A stretch of DNA of 64,000 nt from the human T2T-CHM13v2.0 reference genome, Homo sapiens (GCF_009914755.1 NC_060935.1); one strand, 5' to 3'; counted from the first letter of the stretch, positions 41,210 to 57,666 are shown. Notes: a model not told the origin generated them from the letters alone. Numbers and translations are program-made.

Positions 41210-43153
41210 ATCACACAGAATAACAAGAATTAGAGTTAAATTCACAATATTTTTAAAGAAAACATTATGTGAAGATGATTCATTTCAAACCACCAGCCAA
41301 TTTAACATAAAACACTTGTCAAGCTGAGTAGACTGTTTTCTTATGTGAACCACAAAATATTTTCTCTGAAATCTACACTTAGTTTAAAAACAGAGATGGG
41401 ATTTTGCATATTAGCTTGAAAATAAGTATATGATGATGATATTAGGTGCCCACTAGCACCTAGTTTTTACAGCTTTGCATTGTCACCCCATCACTGCCAG
41501 GGACCCAGCCCCAGGCATACACAGATGAAAGGACAGTTTCACCTTCTTGGCAAAAACCTTCAGAACAATTGTCAACATACTCTCAAATGTCTTTCCCACT
41601 CAGAAATGAGGAGCAAGGTGTATGACTTTAGATTCAAGAAGTATATGGGGCTAAATATCTTTAAAAGTATAACTCTGGACAATGTACTTAGGGACCTACT
41701 ACTTACTCAAAATAGGGTAGTAGCATTAATAACTAAATAGGGCGTGAGTCATGAGAAAGATTCCCTGCATCTCTTGCCAAGTATTAACACTAGTTTTACT
41801 AATAAGCAACGGGGTAGATAACTTTGAAGATTGCATCAACTTCAACACAAAAAAATGTGAATATCTACCATGTGCAAAACAGTCAAAGTATGTTAGGGGA
41901 AATTTAAAACATTACATAGAAAATAAGTATGTGATGATATCGTTAAAATACATGATCACTTAATTTTTACAGTTTTGCATCTGTTACCAGCCAGTGCCAG
42001 GAGAACTGTCAGGCACACATGGATAGATGAAGAGTCTCACCCTCTTGACAGAAAACCTCATATGAATACCCAAACCACTTTGAAAGTATGTGCTCAACTG
42101 AAATAATTAATCTTTGTGTTTTTCTCTTTGGCACTGGACCTTTCTCCTGGTCAGTTGGAGGCAGGCATATTGCTCTGAGGAGAATTGGAATTGTTATAGC
42201 GGAAATGTTCAAAGAAAGTCAACATTCAGCTTTTGACTTCCTCAGTTGGTCTTTGAAATCCACAGAAAGGCAAGTCTGGAGATTAGGGCTTTCTCAAGCG
42301 AAAAACATGGTCTAAATCTCAAAGGTATCCTTAAAAGGTGGACTTAAGCATCAAAAGCTACTAGGACTAGATGAGAACTCATTCTAAAACCTGACAGAAG
42401 CCTCCAGCACATAGCAAGAGGAAGTGAGAGGCTTTCATGATTCAGAAGAAGGAAGATGTAGGGCAAAGAGGACAAATGCCTACATTCTGAGACTGAAAGT
42501 TGAAGGAGGTGAGATTCAGACAAGTAAAGGGAAGTCCAGGAAGATCAAGCCTTTTATGCTTGCCTGTAAAGTCTGCAACATCTTAGAGAAGCTTGGATTT
42601 AGTGTGGTGGCAGCTGAGTGGAGGCTTAGCAGGCAGTGGTAAGCCATGGCTCTCCTGAAGGGGCAAGGTGACTCCACAGCAGGGCCAGATGAGAAAAGAG
42701 CTGGGCCTATGAGGAATGTGCTAAGCCAGCAAGAAATGGAAGTTAGCAAAGTCCCAGCACTCTGCAGTGCTGAAGCTGAAAGAATAGATAAATTCACAAG
42801 CCAAAGACTTAAATATGAGATGATAGCAACGGGGGTCTATGACCAGGCATAACTAACAAGGGACTGGTGTATGGCCAGTGAGGACCTGGAGAAAGAAACC
42901 TCCTTCCCACAGCTACCATGTACATACAGTAAGCTTCTGCCTTCCCAGCTGCTGTCTGGTTAGTGGAACTAACAATTTCCTTGATGGAAATTGAATAAGG
43001 TAATCCAAAAAGAAGGCTCTTTTAGATGAAAAAACATGGATAGATTATTAAGCGCCAAGTTTTCTCTTCAACCTACTGCTCACCAGTGCTCCCTCCTCAG
43101 CTCCAAGGCTGTGGAGGGCTCATGAAGTCACAATGTTCTACTGAGAATTTAGC

Positions 43154-43410
43154 TTTTTTTTTTTTTTTGGAGTGGGTATACCATTTTGTAATTCCACTTG
43201 ATAATGGCATCTGATTATTTGATCATGACATCATTATTTGTATACAATGCAGCAAGAATTTTGTTTTTAATGTAGGCTTTTAAATGGGCTTTGATGGAAC
43301 TTGGTTCCATAGAAGGAATCCCAGATAAGGCTTTTTAAAAGCCGAGCCCAGCCATGGATTCATACCATCAAATACCTATGAGTTAGGTGAATTCCTCTCG
43401 AGGTTCCAAG
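43154..43410 (-). mobile_element. ERV1 internal (MER4-group-like) fragment next to a T15 tract
   Basis: aaagccgagcccagccatgg...aaatacctatgagtt motif; no LTR seen. Confidence 0.5.
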
Positions 43411-43849
43411 AATCTATACAAAGAATGTGTTTATTTTGTATGGGTTCAGCACAACTCAGTTCCTCTTTCTCATTTTCTGAAACTTGAACTGCTCTAGTCT
43501 TACCCGTGTGTATAGACCTGGACTTTGAGGTTGGACAGACATGCAAAGGTAGGGATATAGGTGGAGTGGTACAGATTGTTTGGACAGATAGAATTCTGGG
43601 ACTTGGGAAAACTAAGTTTTGTAGTTTTTGGTTTCCTGATGAAAAATTTGTAATTTCAACACATAAGCAAAATAATTAGACATCTGGCCTTGTGTTTGAC
43701 AATTTATATGGTGTATTTCATCTCCTTTCGTCAGTCCTGTCAATGTTCCTATGTTATATCTTCCAAAACCCTTCTGGAAAATTAGAGAGGAGGTCATGAT
43801 CACCTACAATTCTTCATGTTTATGACCATCATTTTCACCAAAATAGTGC

Positions 43850-44480
43850 AACTTCCTCAAAAATGTTCTCCCTGCTTCCAGGATTAGTCATCTCCAACTT
43901 TATTCTCCATATTCCAGTGGGAGTCTTCTAAAATATTCATATGAATTGTGCTGCTTTCCTGTTTACAACAGAATCAAGTCTACACTCTTTAACATGGTGT
44001 ACAAGGCCACTGATTATCTAGACCTGGCTTTCTTCTTCAGTCTCATCATCCATCCCCACCCCACATTCTCTCTCCCCATCAGGTTTGTGCAAATGTTGTT
44101 TGGGATACTCTTCTCTCTTTGGAATCCCTCCTGTTTGGAATACTCTTCTCTTCTTGCCTTTGGCATCTCCTCACCACGCACGTTCTGCTAATTCCTAAAC
44201 TGCTTATAGATTGTGGCTTAGCTTTGACTTTTTTCAGGATGCCTCTGCTAACCCCTAAATTCAAGGTAGGTGCTCCTCTTAGGTGCTCCAATAGTTCCCT
44301 GTACTTCCTCCAGCATAAGCATTCACAGTACAATATTGTAGCTATCTGTTTACCTGTCTTTATTCCCCATCCAACTCTAAGCTCGGAGAAGACGGGAACA
44401 CTGGTAATCTCCACAATCTAGCAGAGTGACTGGCATACAGCACAGTAAAGGCTTCACAGCTAGTTGCTGAGGAATAAAAT
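43850..44480 (+). mobile_element. L2 3' region
   Basis: agaatcaagtctacactctttaacatgg...gtgactggcatacag. Confidence 0.6.
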
Positions 44481-45746
44481 GATGCCTAAAGTAAGACTTT
44501 TCAACAAAAAATAATTAATTTAATGTTTTAGAGAGCCCTCCATGTAACTTTTGTAAATCATATTTAATCCTCTCAAAATACAAAGAACTTTGATATTTTC
44601 TTCTGTTTCTTTCAAATTTCAGTAAAAAGGCTTTAACTTAAACCCTTTGTGCTGATTTTTCTTATAAACATGCACAACTCAGAAAAGTTAAAATACACAG
44701 AATACTAAGATCAAAAGGAGATACTTTACTGGCTAAAGTGAAGAATTCTAAAGTCTGCCATGTGAAAATCTCTTCCTATCCCTAATCATAGCAAATTCAG
44801 GGCTTACTAGTTTAGGCAAATTCTGGAAAGTATTTCTACCTTATGGAGAACAAGCAGAGCCACATCTCTGTTTCAACAAGAATATGGTATGTTTGTATTA
44901 ACTCTCCACATACCTTTTTTGGTTATTCTCATGAATTTTAAAGCCCTTAGAAAAAGATAACTTAATTGTATGTAATATATTATGACCCCAAAGCTCTGGA
45001 TCTTAACCTAGTTTAGGAAAGCTATGATAGAAGTCCATTGACTAACTATTATTTAAAAAGCAATGACATTTTATACTATCAAGTTAAGGCTGCACAAAAT
45101 ATATCAAATCTGTGTGGATATAATTGTTATTCATGCTGCTCAGCAGCTTTCATTGATATGTCTTTGAATAACAAAACATTAAGAAAACACAATAACTATT
45201 TCTTAATAGAAGTACAGTTTGGTGGATAGATACTTCAAGGTATAGACTTTTCTGGGGGAGGAGAAAATAAAAGGTATTTTTAGTGGCAAAAAGCTTGAAA
45301 CCACTGCTGTCTAAAATAATTCATAACAGTAAAAATGCAGATTAGTAAACGTCATAGACAAAGAGATCAGAAACTTAACATATAACTGACAAGACAAAAA
45401 CATTTAACTGGGCTTCATTTAGAATAATTTATATCTGATAAATTGAATACATCAGGATTTGATGTATTAAGAGCAATTTCAAAAGATAATAAAAATAAGC
45501 TATAGCATATGTCCTGAAAACTATTTACAATACCATTTAAATATTTTATTCATATCTATCCGAATATTGACCAGGACACTAATGCCACACTGCAGAGTTA
45601 ATAATCTGTGCATTTTCTTTACCGTAATGGACAGAGTATGCTTTCTTAGCTGCCTGATTCACATTTCTCTAAAAATGCTTTATCGGTTAAAGCTTTCAAC
45701 CAGCTTAAAAATAATGCCTCTCCCATGTCTCCATGAGTGGAAAAAA

Positions 45747-45948
45747 AGCAAACAAACCTGTGTTTAACAATAAGGTCAGCATGACATACAGCAACAAGAG
45801 CCAGTAAATCGAAAATGAGGCTGACATTCTGGGACTAGGCCAGCAGTCCTGCAACAGTCTTCCAGACTCCACAGCTGCATAAGGCTGCGGACAAGCTTGG
45901 GCGCAGCCCCTGTGCCTGTGACCTGAGCTCTGCCTTGGAATGAGGTCA
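45747..45948. promoter_or_regulatory. Estrogen-receptor enhancer in PGR 3'UTR (ERE + FOXA motif + half-sites)
   Basis: AGGTCAgcaTGACAT 45773-45787; TGTTTGCT (minus) 45747-45754; half-sites TGACCT 45919-45924 and AGGTCA 45943-45948. Confidence 0.75.
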
Positions 45949-48900
45949 ACTCCAAGGAGGAGAACAAACCCCTTGGTGTTTTTCTTTGCTTTGGTTATAG
46001 GATATTCAGAGAAGGTATGTATTGAATAATTTCTGCCATGAACAGCTGCTGTGTTTAACTTACTACCAACACCCCCAAATTCTTAAATTTTCTCCAGTGA
46101 CAGGGTGGACAAATTATTGAAGAAAACTATTCTTTCCTGCTTCTTTTCAGCTTTTAAGGCCACATTGATTCTAGGCCGAACTTTAGAAGTGTAGGTTCTA
46201 TTAGCTCCAGCTAACTGATGGTCTGTAAGGCCTTCTTTCCTAAGTTTATTAATAAATAGGGATGTGATCCAACCTGAACTCAATAATCTAGGCCCAGTTC
46301 AGCTTGGATTCATCTTATGGATGTTGACTAATCTGGCTTGGATTATATTTTATAATATGGGTGAAGAGTCAGTTGTTTTACTGCTTTTTGTTCAATTTTG
46401 TATTTAGTAAGGACCATAGAGTGTGGAATAATGGTACATTAAATAGTCCACAGATGCTAGGGAGAAACAGAGATTGTTGTTTTCACTCAGCCATGAATAA
46501 GAAAAAAAGAAACCACAAAACCTAGGTGATGTTCTTTTCATTAAAATGATTTCATGACTTAGTGAAGTAAGGATAAGCAATTTAGGACTTGGTGAACTTT
46601 TGCTAGACTATCTGGCTATGTATTTTCTGTAAAATTTTAAGAGATGTAGAAATTTCCCACATCCAATGGCTATTGAACAGGCATACTTTGGGAAAAACAA
46701 ACTTATGCCATTACTTGTCTCCTTGTCCACTTCACTTTATCAGTGGGGACCACAGTTGTTGAGCTATTGAATACAAAAATAGAGTATCTTTAAATTTGAA
46801 AAAAAATGTATGTTTTGGCAAGTTTTGAATGCTTCTTATGCACATGGCTCTGGAGTTGTAAAAGTTTTTAAAATGATTCATATTCTATCCTGACTTCTGA
46901 TGTGTGAAGGATAAGTATGGATGAGAGAAACTGCTCAGGTATTCACAGCAAAAACTAAAAATGTAATAGCCATCCTTCCAAAGCAATAAAAGACAGATTA
47001 AAGCAGACATAGATTTCTTGTGGGCATTTTATATCATAACCTTCTTAGGGATAGGGATGTTTTTTGGGTTGATGACTTCATTGTAATTTCTAAACCCATT
47101 GTTCCCTTTTGTGGAATTGCTGCCATAGTAAAAATAATTTGAGCATGGGTTTTTGGAGGGGCTGTGTTCTAGTCAGGCTCTCTGTTCTAAAAAGACACTT
47201 AAAAATGTTAAAATCAGTGTCATTATTTTAAAATGTCTACAATGGAAGAGTGATAGGCTCTTTAGAACTTTGATAAAACAGGCCCTAAACTCAAAACACT
47301 GTATTTTTTCAGCAGAAGAAATTACTTGAATACTTCCAGCCCTAATTTCAAATGAATTCAACCAAATATATCATAGCACATGGTGACATAAATAAAACAG
47401 TGAGACTTTCTAGAATCCTGCTTTCACTGTAGAATATAGCTGGTGAGTTTGATAAAATTATAGCCAGAACTATGGCTTAATGAAAACAAAATAGTAGCAA
47501 TTACTATTTCTGAAGGCCTGTATACGTTTTTTTTGGTTTCCATTTCTATTCATTACAAAGCACTTGGGAAAGGCAGGTTTAATCAGAGCAGTTAAATGAC
47601 TTGCTTAATCTCATCCAGCTAGTAAGTGGCAGAGAAGGGGGGCACAGTCCTATGTCAGTTATCTCCACAGTGCCCATCATCAAACACATGACTATCTGTG
47701 GATAATTTAAGTTACAGGTTGACATTCCATGGCTACTTACAAGGCATAGTTTTGGCAAAAAAAATATTGTTCATCATATTTCCATATCATCTGTATAGCA
47801 ATAAATTATCTTAATGTTAAATGGGAAAAAATAGCATAGCATTGCCTTATTAAAAAGTGCCACATCTTTAAACATTAAACACACACACAATTGTCACATA
47901 ACTACTGATAATGGAGGTATAATGCTTTAGACTCAAATGGCTTTTCAAACCTTTTTACAGAAAATATTTTCATTAACTCAAGAATCTATTTCAGTAACCT
48001 TCAAGTATTTCCTGATATGTAACCTGTCTTCTTATGATTTAGTGTCATTTTAGAGCTACCAGAAAGAACACGACATGTAAAATGAAGATAATGGTTATGA
48101 TGACTAAATAGTAATGGAGACATTAGTAGATAGGACTTTGTAGAGAAAAAGATTTAGAAATTAGGTATTTTCCATTTGGTGAAGCCATATTCTTTTTAAA
48201 AAGGTACTTTATTTTTAAAGCTTAGCCTTAAATATTAAATCCTAGTGTTTAGACATCTACATTGCAGACAGAGATCAACATCGAAGATATCAAACATTTT
48301 AACAAAAGCCAAACCTGTGGCCACCACATTCTATTCCCTCATAGTTGAGTGAAATTAGAAAATTTTAAAGTTATTATGGAAATTAAATATATGCTGGTGG
48401 AAATGATTTATATCATCAAAATATTGGTTTAATTCAAAGTAACAAGAATCAGATAATAAAATGATCACAACATCAACTGTTCCCTGAGTCCATCACTTAA
48501 GCATAAAGGGCTAATAATATTGTTTTTGTTTCTTGGGGTTTTTTTTGGATAGACCTACATTCATTTTCTTGTGTCACACAGTTCATTCTGAGAGGTGTCA
48601 CTCTCACAGAGGTAGATTTCCTGTAACTATTATATTTGGGAGATGTTAAAAATACTTTTTTCTTGGGATGACATTTGTGGGGAAAATATATTGAAAGCCT
48701 TTTCAGTAAGATTTAATGCAAATGAATTACTGACACATAAAGGTGTTATTTAATATTTAAAGTTAGTACCTTTGTGCTGCATGGGTATCAGTAAAATTAT
48801 ATGTAAATGTTTTGCACCTACCTAGTATATGTTGAGTGTACAAATATTAAAATGCCTATTTATCAGGCACTGTAATTTATACCTACTACTGGACTGTAAC

Positions 48901-50678
48901 TTTCCTGAGTTATATGTCTTTCTTCAGCTCCAAATTCTCATAAGGCTTATTAGCACATTTTTCTTGTGCTAATACCAGGTATTCAATCAATATTTGTTGA
49001 ATGAAATTAGAAATGAAGAAAGTTTTTATGCTGAGGTTTACAGTACAAAACAATTTAAGGCTACATAAACATAAGAAATAATTGTTTTGTGGAATTTTGC
49101 TTAGGGAGAGAAATAATATTCCATTCATTCAGTTTAAAAACTTAGAACAAGGAATCTAAAGTATTGTCCTTAAGACACATAAAATACACTTCTATTCTTC
49201 TATGTTATAGTCAGTAAAGGGAGAGATCTCACAAAGTAGGAAGCAAAGGTGGAAAATTTAAAAGTAATGAAGATAATTGATGGAGATAAAGCATGGGAGA
49301 AGAAAGTGATAAAGTCATGGGTACAGAAATATGCAGAAATGTAACCAAAGAATGATCGAAATCTACAGTAATACCAAGACAGAGAGAAAATGTCATTCAA
49401 CTCTCAGTCAGCAAACACTATTGACCACTTTATATGGCTCCCAGACTCCCAGGAGAGTCACAATTGTAAAATAACATGCTACTGTAACTCAAATGTGCAC
49501 AAAATGGCAGGTAAACTCTAGGAGAAGGCAAATTACTGCTTGGAAGACTCAGGGAAGATTTTACAGAAATGACATTTGGCTGAGTCTCGAAGGTTGAAAC
49601 ATGCATGGAATTTGTGTCAAAGGGGGAAAATTCTGGAAGAAATTTCATGGTAAAAAGATTTGCATGGCTGAAACATAATATGAATTCATGATAGTGGAGG
49701 ATAAAGAGGAGAAAGGTATGTGAATTGATACCTCCCTCCTCCTCCTCTCCCTTTCTTCTTTCCTTTGATTTGAAAAGATGTTAATAAGCTCTGACCCAAA
49801 GGAGCAATTGGCAGGAAAGATATTTTACTACTTTCAAAGGTGAGAGAATTGAGAATCAGTAAGAGTGACTAACTTTCAGCATGCCACAGTTGGTAAGGAG
49901 TACAGTTAGGCCATAATCTTCTGATTTCTTATGTCCACTCGCAATACCTCATTAGAGGACAATTCTCTCCCCAAAAAAGGTTATTTTAAAAACCTACAAA
50001 ACCCACAATACTATTTGCATAATGATATGAATCTACTTATTAACTTCCTAAGAGATTTGTGTTTCCAATCTGGAAAATGGTCTTAACATATGAGTTGTTT
50101 TGCCTAGTTTGAAGAACATCAATCTATTTTAGTGGTTTTAAACTCTTTCTACATTTTTTGCATTAAAAATACTTTTGAAAATCTGAGGAAAGTTATGAAT
50201 TTCCTCCTCACACAAATATATATAGACAAAATTTTGCATACCATTTTAAAGGTTCATTTTTGGAAATATAATTGACACAAAGGGAGTTACCTAGAAATAA
50301 CATATAATAGCTTTGTGTTATTACATGTAAGATTTTTTCTCTTAAGTCGATGATTTGTTAGATGCAAAAGTTAAAAATCCTCACCTACATGGTATGAAAT
50401 AATATGGATAAGATAGTTTACTTTAACAATTTTAGTACTTTTTCAATCTTGTAAATTCTTCAAGAAAATATGGGTAAACAAAACAGTTAAACATTCTAAT
50501 TATACTTTATAAAAGAAAATAATTAGAACCTCACAATTTTTCTTTTAAATTTACACACTATGATGTTATAAATGTAAGGCTTTCAGAAGAACATTATAAA
50601 AACTCAAGACCTCATAATCCTGACCAAAACAAAAAGACATACCACAAAATTTAATTCTTTAAAAGAAAAAGATGACAT

Positions 50679-50834
50679 TCACTTTTTATGAAAGAGAAGG
50701 GGTTTCACCATCCCTGCCAATATCTTGGGTAATTGTGCAGCAATAACTTCAGACATCATTTCTGGAAATTCAACACTCAGTGCCCGGGACTGGATAAATG
50801 TATTCAAGCAGTACAGATGAAGTTGTTTGACAAG
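50679..50834 (-). CDS. PGR: PGR exon 8 coding part (aa 883-933 of PR-B, helix 12/AF-2 and C-terminus)
   Basis: [54 protein letters not shown]; acceptor ccaacag|CTT. Confidence 0.98.
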
Positions 50835-51239
50835 CTGTTGGTTTAACAAATGAGTAGAAAACATGTAATAAAAATAATAAATTCATATGCTATTCAAACA
50901 TGGCAATTTATTTTTCTAACTATTTATAATATAAATACTTCTCAAGGTGTTTTTTTCTTACCATAGTGAAAATAACTCCCACCATTTTCTAGAATAATAT
51001 GTAAAATGTTATATACTCATGATAGAACATTCTGATATTATGGAAAGATTTATTTAAAGAAATGAAAGTTATTCACAATTCTACAGGATAAGCTGTGTGA
51101 ACATTTTGGTGTATTACTCAAGTTTTTTTTTCTTTTTATACATGTATACAGACATACCCAAGCATACACACAATATTACACATGTTTCATAAATTCTATT
51201 TGCTAATCTAGCTGTTTTATATAACAACATATTGGTTCT

Positions 51240-53330
51240 TCCTATGCCAATAATCCAACATCGTTTAATTTTTATCAAAGTAATTCATGTGTATAATGTT
51301 GAAAGTCAAGTAGTACCACATGATTATAAAAACAAAAACAGCAGCAGCAGCAGCATCAATAGAGCCTAGCAGTTTCCTGATAGACTTCTTCCCATCCCTA
51401 TTCCAGCTCCCTAGACACAACTACCTTCAACTTTTTGTAGCCTGTGTCTTTTGATATTTCTATATTTCCACTAAAGTTAGTTTTAGTTTCTACTATAGGA
51501 AATGAAGAAAATGAAGCTCTCTTATACTAGACACTCTCTTCCTCAACTACATACATGTTCTCTTCTCCCCAGAGAGAGCTTTTGGCTCAATTTTTAGCTA
51601 AAGTCAATATCCAGCATTTATATCATAAAGATTTTTTTATGGTTTTCTGCTGGATTGCATCTCCATTCTTACGACTTATTTTTATTTTGCAAAAGTGAAT
51701 CACCTCGTGTTCTTGTTTGCTTTGTTTTCTCTATATTTGTCTCAAAGCCATAGTCAAATTCTGCAACAGAATTGTAAAAATCACCTCAATTACAGTCATA
51801 CTTAGTGGTAATCTCTCAGTTCCATTTATTTTTCCTGGAGCTGGTATCCTAGAACCCTTTGTATTACTGCTCCCATCTAGACTAACTACTGCTCTGCACA
51901 GTTATTGTTCTGGGACATCACTTTGCATCTCTGTTGGGGTGGATCTTTGGCTTAATCCCATGTTTTGTTATAAGACATCCTGTAGCAGTTCTTGAGAAAG
52001 TTGTATCTGAGGTAAACTCTAGGAGACCTTGCAAGTTGGAAAATACTTTCATGCTGCCATTGTACTTGTTTGATGGTTTGGCTAGGTATGAAATTCTTTG
52101 AAGATTTTCTTTTCCATCAAATTCTGAAGGCACTGCTCCACTGTCTTCTGGCTTCCAGTGTTGCTGCAGAGAAGTCCAACATCATTCTGAATCCTGATAA
52201 CGTCTATGTGACCTGTTTCTTTCATCACTGGTATACTTTAAAATATTCTCTTCATTTCTGGCCTGGTACAATTTTACAATAATGTACCTTAGTTCAATTG
52301 TGCAGTGCCTCTACACCGGACCCTTTTTGTTAGAAAACTTGTATGTTTCAGTTCCAGCAACTTTTGCGATTTCTTACACAAATTTCTCTCCTTGATTTTC
52401 TCTATTTTTTCTTCTGGACATTCCTATTAATTGGAGGCTAGAATCTCCTGAATACTAAATTTACTATAACTCTTCTTTCTAATTTTCCATGTTTTGATCT
52501 TTTATTTTTCCTCAGATTTTCCTTTCCATTTCAGCCCTTTCATTGAATTTTCAATTTCTGCCTTTCTTCATTTAATTATCCAAAAGTATTTTCTTGCTAA
52601 ATGTCTGTTTTAAAAATGTTTTCTGTTCTCATGTCATGGATACCGTATCATTCTTATTTCTCTGAGGATGTTAGAAGTTTTCTTCTGTTCTCTGCACTGG
52701 TGTTTATTTCCTTCAAGTTTCTTTTTATTTTGCTTTCTGCCTTTCATTTTAGAGGCTTTACTCAAATAGCTCATAATCTTGGCTGTCTGTTCGTATTCAG
52801 GAGTAAGACCTCAAAAGTTGACCTGGAGAGTGGATAGCTTTTTTATGCCTTCACTGTCATTTTAATGTGATCTGAACATAGTAGCAATAAAAGCTTGTAT
52901 TTCATATATCTTGACAAACCACAGATATCTTGTCTTAGTAATCCACCTCTGGTGTTGGGCATTTCTTGTTTGCTTTTCTTTTTTCCCCCTCTGCTATGGT
53001 GAACATCCTTGCATGTATATTACATTTGTCTAATTATTTCTTTAAGATAAATCCTAAAAAATAGAAGCTTGAAAAGCATGCAAATTTTAACTTTTGCTAT
53101 GTATTGCCTGATTGCCCACCCATCAGCAATGTTATTTATAATTCCACTGAAAATGGCATGAGTCTTATTTTTCACATACATACCTTTGTTTTTACTGTAT
53201 ATATAAAATCTTTTATAATTTTAGGCACAAATATTTTAGAACATATTCAGGAAATGTACCATAATTTCTATCAGCTATTAAATTACCCTCACATTATACA
53301 AATACTTGTAAAAGAATATTTGAGTGGTCT
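51240..53330 (-). mobile_element. Old L1M fragments in PGR intron 7
   Basis: tttggctaggtatgaaattct...ctccactgtcttctggcttccagtgttgctg motif. Confidence 0.6.
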
Positions 53331-53507
53331 ATATTGAAAATGAAAAAAAAACACAATAAAAAGTCTGAGCAGCATGATCCAAACACTTTTAACATACAAG
53401 TATTAATCTGAGAAAATCATACAAAGTAAAATTTACATGTAACATTTAAAAAGTTATAGAAATTCAGAGAATAATCATTGATATTCTGGAATCAACCAAA
53501 TACTTAC

Positions 53508-53665
53508 ATCATGCAAGTTATCAAGAAGTTTTGTAAGTTGATAGAAACGCTGTGAGCTCGACACAACTCCTTTTTGCCTCAAACCAATTGCCTTGATGAG
53601 CTCTCTAATGTAGCTTGACCTCATCTCCTCAAACTGGGTTTGACTTCGTAGCCCTTCCAAAGGAA
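53508..53665 (-). CDS. PGR: PGR exon 7 (158 bp)
   Basis: (I)[52 protein letters not shown]; acceptor ttaacag|TT, donor GAT|gtaagt. Confidence 0.98.
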
Positions 53666-54255
53666 CTGTTAAGAAGACAATTAAAAGTGGCAGTTGTGTA
53701 TAAAAAGATGACATTAACAATTTATAACATATATTTCTGAGCTATATAATGATTTCTTCTGATACATGACTCTAGAAAAAAAACACCTTATATAGGAAAG
53801 AGATAGTGTTATTGATATCACTATCAATATCAGGACATATAAACTTCTAGTTCACTGGAAGAACATAAGAATTAATAGGTATATTAAAGAACACTTCAGC
53901 TGACCTATTTTAGACCTGTATCAATGGATTGTGCATTTAACTTAGCATTTGCTCAAAAGAGAACCTGGCCTTATTCTACATGCTTCTTAAATACTTGGTT
54001 TGACTTAGTTTACAGCTGCATGTAATCTGGATCTTTTTTTTCCCTTCTTTTTAATGAATACTTGGATCTCTTAGTAAACTTTTGTCTTCTTTATATAAAT
54101 CTCAAGTATTTGCCATTAAGATTATTCCTAGATGATTTATCTTTTTGTTGTAATTTTAAAAATTGCTTCATTAAGTTTTCTAATGCCTTCCTGCTGATAT
54201 GGGAGAAAGGTATTAATATTTAAATATTTATCTTATATCCAGCCACTTTGTTACA

Positions 54256-56610
<2,355 letters not shown>

Positions 56611-56869
56611 GAAAATTACTATTTCTTAAGCCTGTATTTATCCCCTGCACCCCAATCAAAACTTGGTTTCCATTTCCCCTAGAAAAGAAGGCCAGAGATA
56701 CAAACTTATGAAAAACAAATAAGTTAATTCTTTGGTTTTGAGTTTTCAAGATCTTGTATATAAAGGAGACTCTGAAGAGTAATTCTGGCAATTCAGTATA
56801 TCTATGCAAATTTTTGTCAATTGAAAACTTAACTCTAGTATGTACATCTATATGTATATCTAGAACCTC

Positions 56870-57222
56870 TTTTTATTAAATTTGTATAAATTTAATGACC
56901 ATCTGTGCAGTTTTGTTACATGAATATATTGCATAGTGGTGAAATCTGAGCTTTTGGTATAACCATCACCCAATAATGCACATTGTATCCATTAGGTAAT
57001 GTCTCACCCCCCTCCTACCTTTCCAGCCTTCTAAGGCACCACTGTCAATTATTCTATACTCTATGCCCATGTACATGCATTATTTAGCTCCCACTTATAA
57101 GCGAGAACATGTGGTATCTGACTTTGTCTCTGAATTGTTTCACTTAAGATAATGACTTCCTGTTCCATCCATGTTGCTGCAAAAGACACACTTTCATTCT
57201 TTTTGATTGCTGAATACTATTC

Positions 57223-57266
<44 letters not shown>

Positions 57267-57510
57267 ATGTGTGAGTACATCACATTTTCTTTATCCTATT
57301 ATCTGTTGATACACACTTGGATTGATTTCCTATCTTTGCTATAGTGAATACTGCTGTAATAAACAAGAGTGCAGGTGTCTTTTTGACATAATGATTTCTT
57401 TTCCTTTGGGTAGATATCCAGTGGTGGGATTGCTAGATAGAATGGTAGTTATATTTATAGTTTTTTGAGAAATCTCCATATGGTGTTCCATAGAGGCTGT
57501 ACTAATTTTC
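56870..57510 (-). mobile_element. L1MA 3' end containing (TG)n
   Basis: tttagctcccacttataagcgagaacatgtgg...gtgggattgctaga. Confidence 0.8.
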
Positions 57511-57666
57511 TGGACTACTTCAAATAGCAGTCATTTCAAACTTTCACAGCTCTCTTTAAGGTTACCAACCAATCCCTATATTTCCCTCAGCTGTAAACAT
57601 GAATGTAAAATCATTTTTTCTTAATTTTTCATAGTAAATCCCTTTACTAAGATTTTAGTGTAATTT

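Larger units (their letters stand above)
41180..50678 (-). other. PGR: PGR ~9.5-kb 3'UTR
   Basis: Runs from the stop codon to tandem minus-strand AATAAA signals. Length agrees with the known ~13-kb PGR mRNA. End position estimated. Confidence 0.8.

Noticed and set aside
53475-53720. ORF-track extensions of PGR exons 7 and 8 into introns
   Set aside because: True boundaries are set by splice sites; the extra residues are intronic.
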